Source: Candidatus Bipolaricaulia bacterium
GTDB lineage: Bacteria > Bipolaricaulota > Bipolaricaulia > JBHIAT01
Direction: 5' to 3'
DNA length: 13,449 nucleotides
Assembly: GCA_046758705.1 (NCBI GenBank)
Contig: JBHIAT010000098.1
Span: forward strand, 1-13,449
The position numbers were made by a program, and so were the translations under genes. The notes under the pieces are model-generated. The model was not told the DNA's origin. It searched no databases and saw only the letters and a list, made by a program, of their open reading frames with translations. Each line of letters begins with the position of its first letter. Position 1 is the first letter of the stretch. This document shows, piece after piece, positions 7,352 to 13,449 of this stretch.

Positions 7352-8048
7352 GAGAACCTCCCAGATACGCATCGATGACTTTGGGATCGCTTCTGATGGA
7401 CTCGGGTGGGCCATGGGCGATGACCTGTCCTGCGCTCAGCACGTAGAGGGTATCGCTCAGTCCCAGGATGAAGCGCAGGTTGTGTTCGACGACGACGAAC
7501 GTCGCTTGGCGGGTCTGCCGCAGCGATTGGATGTGCTCGGCTAGCCAACCGATCATCTTCGGGGTGACCCCAGCGGTGGGCTCGTCCAACAACACCATGC
7601 GCGGATCGAGCATGAAGACGCGGGCGATCTCCAGCAGGCGCTGCTGCCCAATCGACAGCTGCCCGGCGAGATGGTCCTTCAAGCGCTGTAGTCCAACCAG
7701 TTCTAGTAACTCCTGAGCTTTTCCGCGATCAAATCGGACGGCCAGCAAGTTGTCCAGCGCGCTCATGCGCTTGAAGACGCGGTTGAGCTGGAACGTGCGC
7801 CCCACACCCAACCGGGCGATCTGATAGGGCTGCAGCCGGTGCAGCGCGTGATCCTGGTCATCCTTAACGAAGTAGATTGTGCCGGCGGTGGGACGCAGCA
7901 GACCGCTGATGCAGTTAAACAGCGTGGATTTTCCGGAGCCGTTGGGTCCGATAATCCCAGTGATCGAGCCCGGGCGCACTTCCAAGGAACAGTTGGCCAA
8001 CGCGGCCATCTTGCCGAACCTCTTGGTCAGGTTGTTTACGCGGAGCAC
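7344..8048 (-). CDS. livG: HAAT ABC transporter ATPase, LivG-like
   Basis: GPNGSGKSTLFN, GVGRTFQ, LSIGQQRLLEIAR, LLDEPTAG, VEHN and a C-terminal VIDAYLG. SD GGAGGG. Confidence 0.93.
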   Translation of the reverse strand: MLRVNNLTKRFGKMAALANCSLEVRPGSITGIIGPNGSGKSTLFNCISGLLRPTAGTIYFVKDDQDHALHRLQPYQIARLGVGRTFQLNRVFKRMSALDNLLAVRFDRGKAQELLELVGLQRLKDHLAGQLSIGQQRLLEIARVFMLDPRMVLLDEPTAGVTPKMIGWLAEHIQSLRQTRQATFVVVEHNLRFILGLSDTLYVLSAGQVIAHGPPESIRSDPKVIDAYLGGSRA

Positions 8049-8057
8049 GAAACCCTC

Positions 8058-9050
8058 CTATGCGCGGTGCATCCGGATATTCTCCAGCAGATAGCGCCAG
8101 CTCAGTCGCTGCCGTCCGCTCAGCAGATCCCACAGGCCACTGGGCAAAAACAGCGTGATCAAGACGATCATCCCGCCGAAGAAGATGACGGGCAAGGTGC
8201 GCAGTTGGGCCGATAACGAGGCCAGATACTCAGACGTTGAGAAGATCAACACCACCCCGATCAACGGTCCAAACACCGTGCCCGCGCCGCCGATCACCGC
8301 CATCACGATCATCGAGATCGTCCGCAGCACGTCAAAAGCGGCCTGAGGGTCAATGAACGTGATATGATAAGCGTGCACGCCACCGACCAAGCCGGTCAGT
8401 ATCCCACTCAAGCAGAAGGCGGTCGTCTTGTACAACCGGGTGTTGATTCCCAACACGGCCGCGGCCTCTTCGTCCTCGCGGATGGCGATGAGGCCGTATC
8501 CAAATCGCGTTTTGGTGATGACCCAGGTTAAGCCGAGGGTCAAGGCCAGCAGCCCCAAGGTCAGAAAGTAGAACAACGGGGGATCATAGATCAACGGCAT
8601 GACCAATCCCCGATTGGCCTCGACGATCTCCAGGTTGCGGATGATCTCGCGCAGCCCCTCGGCCGCGCCCAGTGTGGCGATGGCGAAATAATGCCCTTTA
8701 AGCCGCAGCACGGGCAGACCCAACAGCAGGCCCAAGAGCAGGCACAGCAACGCGGCAAAGACCAAAGCAGCTGCGAAAGGCCACTGGAACTGGACCATGG
8801 CCAGTCCTGTGGCATAAGCGCCCAGGCCAAAGAAGGCCACGTTGCCGAACGAGGGATAACCCGTATATCCTCCGATGAGGTTCCAGGCCGAAGCCAGCGC
8901 GGCCAGCTTGAAGAAGTCGGTAACCGTGCGCATCAACGCGCTGCTGGCCCAGGTGGGCACCCAGAATGCAACGCCCAATGCGCCTAACCCCAGCACGAAT
9001 CCAAGCGCCACGCGCCAGGGAGCTGGCTTCAAACGTGATGGGTCATCCAT
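8058..9050 (-). CDS. livM: HAAT ABC transporter permease, LivM-like
   Basis: WNLIGGYTGYPSFG..AFFGLGAY, LRLKGHYFAIATL, AIREDEEAA..LGIN and GGAGTVFGP motifs; hydrophobic; SD AAGGAG. Confidence 0.93.
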   Translation of the reverse strand: MDDPSRLKPAPWRVALGFVLGLGALGVAFWVPTWASSALMRTVTDFFKLAALASAWNLIGGYTGYPSFGNVAFFGLGAYATGLAMVQFQWPFAAALVFAALLCLLLGLLLGLPVLRLKGHYFAIATLGAAEGLREIIRNLEIVEANRGLVMPLIYDPPLFYFLTLGLLALTLGLTWVITKTRFGYGLIAIREDEEAAAVLGINTRLYKTTAFCLSGILTGLVGGVHAYHITFIDPQAAFDVLRTISMIVMAVIGGAGTVFGPLIGVVLIFSTSEYLASLSAQLRTLPVIFFGGMIVLITLFLPSGLWDLLSGRQRLSWRYLLENIRMHRA

Positions 9051-9075
9051 CCGGCTCCTTTGCTCTCCAGTGCTG

Positions 9076-9939
9076 CTAGACCTCTCGCCTGCCCAACAGC
9101 CCCTGGGGCCGCAACAGCAGCATCAACACCAACAGCCCGAAGCTGATCGCGTTGCGCAACGTGTCGCCGATGTAAAGCGAGCTGAACTCCTCCACGATCC
9201 CCAGCGTCAACCCGCCGACCACCGGACCCCACGCCGTGTTCAATCCGCCCAAGACCGTGATGACAAACGACTTCAACGTTAAGGGACCACCGATCTGTGG
9301 GTTGATTGCCATGATGAGGATCAGCAACGCCCCTGCCCCTCCGGCCAAGGCAGCACCCAAGCCATATGTCACCGCGTACGTTCGACCGAGGTTCACACCC
9401 GACAGACGCGCAGCATCGAGGTCCTGGGACACCGCGCGGATGGCTCGCCCCAGCTTGGTGCTACGCAACAGCCAGAACAACAGTGCCGTGATCCCCAGTG
9501 CCACGACGAACGCACCCAATCGTGCCCAGGGCAGAGCCACCGACCCCAGCTGTAAGCTGGCGGTGAGATAGCTCGGTGTGACGGTACGATAATCCGTCTT
9601 CCAAGCCAACTGTGCCAAGTTCACAATCAAAATATCGATCCCGAAGGTCACCAGCAGGGTAAAGAAGATCTCGGCGCGAACAATGTAATTGATGATGTAT
9701 CTCTGGATGAGGTATCCTAAGATGAACAGCCCTACCATCGCCAACGGCAGGCTCAAGAACGGGTCAATGCCGTAAAGCTCAAACAGCCAGAAGGCGGTGT
9801 ATCCCCCCAGGACAATGTAGGCTCCGTGCGCGATGTTAACGATGTTCATGACCCCCCACACCAACGCCATCCCCAGGGCCATGAGCGCGTAAATGCCGCC
9901 TAATAGCAAGCCATTGAGACCGACCTGGAGCTCAAGCAC
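9076..9939 (-). CDS. livH: HAAT ABC transporter permease, LivH-like
   Basis: NGLLLGGIYALMALG..LVWGVMNIVNIAHG, T.LGRAIRAVSQD..AA.L.GVN, VLGGL and RPQGLLG motifs. Confidence 0.94.
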   Translation of the reverse strand: MLELQVGLNGLLLGGIYALMALGMALVWGVMNIVNIAHGAYIVLGGYTAFWLFELYGIDPFLSLPLAMVGLFILGYLIQRYIINYIVRAEIFFTLLVTFGIDILIVNLAQLAWKTDYRTVTPSYLTASLQLGSVALPWARLGAFVVALGITALLFWLLRSTKLGRAIRAVSQDLDAARLSGVNLGRTYAVTYGLGAALAGGAGALLILIMAINPQIGGPLTLKSFVITVLGGLNTAWGPVVGGLTLGIVEEFSSLYIGDTLRNAISFGLLVLMLLLRPQGLLGRREV

Positions 9940-9965
9940 GATGATCCACCCGACGTTTCAGAGTC

Positions 9966-10005
9966 AAAAAACCTGGAGGCGAGCTGTCACGCTTGCCTCC
10001 AGGTT
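9966..10005 (-). terminator. Intra-operon stem-loop/terminator after the binding-protein gene
   Basis: AACCTGGAGGCAAGC-GTGACA-GCTCGCCTCCAGGTT (15-bp stem, one mismatch) ending in a run of six T on the minus strand. Confidence 0.75.
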
Positions 10006-10039
10006 GCGTTCACAATTCACTGAACAAACGGTGAGATCA

Positions 10040-11233
10040 CTAACGAGACACTTTGAAGATCGCTGTCGCTTCACCCCCGGGCCCGACGGAAACTGCCACA
10101 CCATTCTGGATCTGGATTACGGTCTGACCCTTTGCCACCTGGCCGTTTTCGCCGAACGCTACGGTCCCGTAGAAAGACTCGTAGGAAATGTTGGCCAGTG
10201 CGTCACGAACCGCGTTGCGGTTCAGCGATCCGGCGGCCTCGATCGCCTTTTTATAGGTCAGGATCTCAATCGTGCCGTTGGCGTTGTGATATTCCGGCGT
10301 GTAGTCGAAGCGCATTTCGAACATCCGGGTGTAGTCCGCCGCGCTGCCGAAGACGCCGCCGCTTGTGGATTGCGTAGGCACCCAGGGCGCGACCCCGAAC
10401 ACCCCTTCAGCGACCTGGCCCAATGCCAGAAAGTCCGGATTGGAGACTCCCACGGTGAAGACCATGTCTTTATCCAGTCCTAAGCTCCTGGCCTGCTGGA
10501 CGAAGCCAAGCAACTCGACCAGGTGATTGGCCCCCATGATCACATCGGGATTAACACTTTTGAGCTTGGCGATTAGCGAACCGAACTCCGTTTGACCGTC
10601 GGCGTATTTCTCATCGGCGATGATCCTGACCCCGAGTTCGTTTGCCCACTTGCGCGTCCCGACGGCCACGTCGGTGCTGAAAGCGTCATCGGCGTAAATC
10701 AAGGCTATGGTCCGGACCTGGGCCTCTTCCCTGAACAGCCGGATGGCATCTTTGAGATAATTTTGGCCGGCGGGCAACGTGCCAAATACATATTTGAACC
10801 CGCGATTGAAGATGTTGGTCGATGCGCCACCGCCTTCGACCATCGGCACCCTGAACTTCTCCGCAATCGCGCTCGTGGGAATGACCAACCCGCTGGAGTA
10901 TGGTCCGAGCAGGAAGTCAACATTCTGTTCGGTGATGAGTTGTTCATAAAGACGAACGGCCAAATCGGCGCTGCTTTGATCGTCGAATTGAACCAACTCG
11001 ATTCGATAGGCCGTCCCGCCGACGTTGACCCCGCCCAGTGCGTTGAGGATATCCACACCCAAAGCGCGGCCATCGATGTAAAGTGCCGCCACCCGTGCCA
11101 GCCTGCCCGTCTCGGAGATCGTCCCGCCCAGGCGAATGACAGGTTGAGCCTGTCCGACATCCGCCCACGGGCTCATTCCGACCACCAAGAACAACAACAC
11201 CCCTACCGTCAGAATCCAGCGCATCTGAATCAT
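10040..11233 (-). CDS. HAAT-family (LivK-like) amino acid ABC transporter substrate-binding protein
   Basis: Signal peptide without lipobox, then IRLGGTISETG, N..GGV, DDQSS, LLGPYSS and F..NGQ motifs. SD AAGGAGG. It heads the livHMGF cluster; the ligand is unknown. Confidence 0.92.
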   Translation of the reverse strand: MIQMRWILTVGVLLFLVVGMSPWADVGQAQPVIRLGGTISETGRLARVAALYIDGRALGVDILNALGGVNVGGTAYRIELVQFDDQSSADLAVRLYEQLITEQNVDFLLGPYSSGLVIPTSAIAEKFRVPMVEGGGASTNIFNRGFKYVFGTLPAGQNYLKDAIRLFREEAQVRTIALIYADDAFSTDVAVGTRKWANELGVRIIADEKYADGQTEFGSLIAKLKSVNPDVIMGANHLVELLGFVQQARSLGLDKDMVFTVGVSNPDFLALGQVAEGVFGVAPWVPTQSTSGGVFGSAADYTRMFEMRFDYTPEYHNANGTIEILTYKKAIEAAGSLNRNAVRDALANISYESFYGTVAFGENGQVAKGQTVIQIQNGVAVSVGPGGEATAIFKVSR

Positions 11234-11252
11234 CGGACCCTCCTTCTTAGGA

Positions 11253-11362
11253 CAGATTTGGTTTTGGCTATATTAAACTCCTTTGAGTTATATCTTGTCA
11301 ATACCTGATGAAAAACAGGAGAAGAACTGGCATGGGAGCGCAAATGTGGTTTTGGCCTTATT
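11253..11362. repeat. Pair of imperfect 22-bp direct repeats, candidate operators
   Basis: CAGATTTGGTTTTGGCTATATT (11253-11274) and CAAATGTGGTTTTGGCCTTATT (11341-11362) are identical at 18 of 22 positions. Confidence 0.6.
11272..11301 (-). promoter_or_regulatory. sigma70 promoter of the liv-type operon
   Basis: TTGACA (11301..11296), an 18-nt spacer, then TTTAAT (11277..11272). Confidence 0.65.
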
Positions 11363-13427
11363 GCAGGAACCAGAACTCGGCCGGGCGCAACGGGGAGCTC
11401 AACGCGTTGTGCATGGTCGCATTCCCCACCGAGGGATGGTAGGCCATGGCAAACGAGGGTTCCACCGTGTAAATCACGGGCAGGTGTTCGACCACCAATC
11501 GCTGGAACTCGTCGTAAAGCGCCCGGCGCACGTTGAGGTCGAGGGTCGAAACCGCTTGCTGGAACAACGTATCCACCTGTTGTTCCCAAGCTTCGGGTAC
11601 CGAGCGCAGACGCCACAGGCGCAGCGCACCGCCCAGACGCCACATGTTCACGCCGCCGTGGGGATCAATCCCCCCGGTCAACCCCAGCACGGCTCCCTGA
11701 TAGGCACCGTTGAATACTGTTTGGATCAAGGTGTTAAACTCCATGAGCTTGATCGACACCTCGATACCGAGTTGGCCCAACGCTGCCTGCAATAACTGTA
11801 CAGTCCGCACCCGCAGAGGATTGTTCTGATTGGTAATCAGCTCAAAATGCAATGGCTGCCCCGAGGCATCCTCGCGCAGACCATCGCCGTTACGGTCGAG
11901 GTAGCCCGCGCCGTCGAGCAACGCCGCGGCTCGTTGGGGGTCATGGTCGTAAACGATCAGGCCCTGTGCGTGAAATGGCGAGCCCGGGCATACCGGGCCA
12001 TCCAATACGACACCAACCCTGTGTAACGCCTCTTCGATGAGTCGTGGGCGGTCCAGCGCGTGCGCCACGGCCTTGCGGAATGCCAGGTCTCGAAACACTG
12101 CCCTGAGAGCAGGATCCGGCGTGTCTTGGTTGAACACGATAAAGTTCACCCCGAAGGTGGGCCCGCCGATCGATAATGCAAAGCGCTCAGAGGTGGCTAA
12201 CCGCGGGAGGTCCTCGGTGCGGGGGAAGAAAAGCTGGGTTTTGGACGAGTCGAAATCGGCCAGTGCTTGCTGGGGCTCGTCCACGAAGCGCACGTGTAAC
12301 TCATCCAGATAAGGAAGCACCGTCCCCTGGGTGTCCTGCTTCCAGTAATAGGGGTTGCGCTCTAACACCAGTTCCCTGTGCTCATACACCCTCACACGGA
12401 ACGGTCCCAAGCCGGTGAGTTGATCCAAGGACACGTTTTGAGACCAGGTCTGAGCGAAGGTGTCCTCACGCACGCCGACCGCGTCGAAGTTGTCCGCTTG
12501 GGCCTGGTCCCGGACCTGGTACAGCTCCCGGCGCAGGTTAACGATGGCCAGGCCCAACAGGCTCAGCCGGTACAGCTCGTCATCAGTCAACGCCTGCGCT
12601 TGCTCGCCCTTGGGCAGATTGGCTTCGACCGTGCCCAACGTGGTCTCCATGGAACCGACCACCTCCGCGATGCGAGCGACGTCTTGGGCATCGAGGGCCT
12701 GGGCCAGCTCAGTCAACCCGGTCTCAAGGGCCTGATAGCGATCCTCGCCGACATACACCCGTGCCCGGTCACGGAAGATACTGGTTACGATCACTTTGGC
12801 CTTGCCCAACGCTTGTTTAGCGCCCGGTGGGTGTAAGCGCGCCACATGTTGAGACAAGCGATGTTTGGGCAAGATCGGCACAAAGCTCAGCCAGCGCAGA
12901 AACGGTGCGTACACAGCAGGGGTCACAAACCGCACGGTGTTCGCGTCGACCAACTCGACCGTGGGCAACTGGCCGTTGATCAGAAACAACTCGCGCAACG
13001 GGGTGGGCACGTCAGGGTTGAACACCACATCGCGAAACGTGAACAGCACATCCTCCGCGGTGAACGGTTCGTCGTCAGACCAGCGGACCCCGCGCCGCAG
13101 TGTGAAGGTGTATTCGGTGTCCTCGTGGATCTGCCAGCGGGATGCCAGCGCCGGTTCTAGTTCAGCGGTTGTCAGGTTTTGCTCCACCAGCCGACCGTGC
13201 AGCAGATGCAGGACCTGAAGCACGCCGTTGCTCTGTTCCAGCATCGGGTTGAACCCGGTCAAGCCTCGGCCCACCACGGCGAGAGCCAACGTGCCCCCAC
13301 GGCGCCCCAAAGCAACCCGGGTGGTTTCGTCGATGCGATAATACTCAACTGGAGGGGGTGTATCAACCGCGCCCGCTCCCACGATCACAACCAAAAGAAA
13401 CACCAAAGCCCGGTGTCTGCTTGTCAT
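11358..13427 (-). CDS. Family 5 (OppA/DppA/NikA-like) ABC transporter substrate-binding protein with an internal insertion
   Basis: Signal peptide, GGTL, EPALASRW..YTFTLRRGVRWSD..PFTAEDV.FT, ILPKH, GLGPF, LERNPYYW, PYLD, FRKAVAHALDR and R.ALY...Q motifs. 689 aa is long for the family. Confidence 0.93.
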   Translation of the reverse strand: MTSRHRALVFLLVVIVGAGAVDTPPPVEYYRIDETTRVALGRRGGTLALAVVGRGLTGFNPMLEQSNGVLQVLHLLHGRLVEQNLTTAELEPALASRWQIHEDTEYTFTLRRGVRWSDDEPFTAEDVLFTFRDVVFNPDVPTPLRELFLINGQLPTVELVDANTVRFVTPAVYAPFLRWLSFVPILPKHRLSQHVARLHPPGAKQALGKAKVIVTSIFRDRARVYVGEDRYQALETGLTELAQALDAQDVARIAEVVGSMETTLGTVEANLPKGEQAQALTDDELYRLSLLGLAIVNLRRELYQVRDQAQADNFDAVGVREDTFAQTWSQNVSLDQLTGLGPFRVRVYEHRELVLERNPYYWKQDTQGTVLPYLDELHVRFVDEPQQALADFDSSKTQLFFPRTEDLPRLATSERFALSIGGPTFGVNFIVFNQDTPDPALRAVFRDLAFRKAVAHALDRPRLIEEALHRVGVVLDGPVCPGSPFHAQGLIVYDHDPQRAAALLDGAGYLDRNGDGLREDASGQPLHFELITNQNNPLRVRTVQLLQAALGQLGIEVSIKLMEFNTLIQTVFNGAYQGAVLGLTGGIDPHGGVNMWRLGGALRLWRLRSVPEAWEQQVDTLFQQAVSTLDLNVRRALYDEFQRLVVEHLPVIYTVEPSFAMAYHPSVGNATMHNALSSPLRPAEFWFLQ

Positions 13428-13449
13428 ATAATTAACGCTATTCGATTAG

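Noticed and set aside
7352-7414. Longer livF start at 7414
   Set aside because: It overlaps livG, whereas GTG 7351 has a strong SD and a typical N-terminus.
11870-11900. DRNGDG EF-hand-like motif in the binding protein
   Set aside because: This loop is common in this SBP-5 subfamily and is not novel.
12477-12827. Intein as the explanation for the binding-protein insertion
   Set aside because: No N-terminal Cys/Ser block and no His-Asn plus Cys/Ser/Thr junction; the segment looks all-helical and the protein is secreted.
1-13449. CRISPR arrays, tRNA/rRNA genes, M-box riboswitch
   Set aside because: No periodic repeat-spacer pattern or tRNA/rRNA signatures were seen, and the mgtE leader is only 28 nt.

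Overview
Bacterial chromosomal segment of roughly 60% GC with canonical sigma70-type promoters. Bases 1-686 are AT-richer mobile-element debris: the left end of an IS5-family (IS1031-like) element with a truncated transposase, next to what look like one or two older disrupted remnants. Next come uvrC (-) and a divergent operon of archaeal-type NMN adenylyltransferase (nadM), mgtE and a long three-part TrmB-like protein (+). Converging on it are an archaeal-like ppa with its own promoter and a complete livK-H-M-G-F type ABC transporter (-). The window ends with a family-5 (OppA/DppA-like) solute-binding protein (-). The most unusual signals are: (i) the TrmB-like protein is an intact ORF that has lost most of the acidic SAM-binding/catalytic residues but keeps the RNA-binding motifs, a candidate pseudo-enzyme or repurposed protein; (ii) a ~117-aa predicted helical insertion in the peptide-binding protein; (iii) haloarchaea-like nadM and ppa bracketing mgtE and the TrmB-like gene; (iv) a paired 22-bp direct repeat flanking the liv promoter; (v) apparently nested IS insertions. 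All family assignments are from motif recognition; no database search was run.
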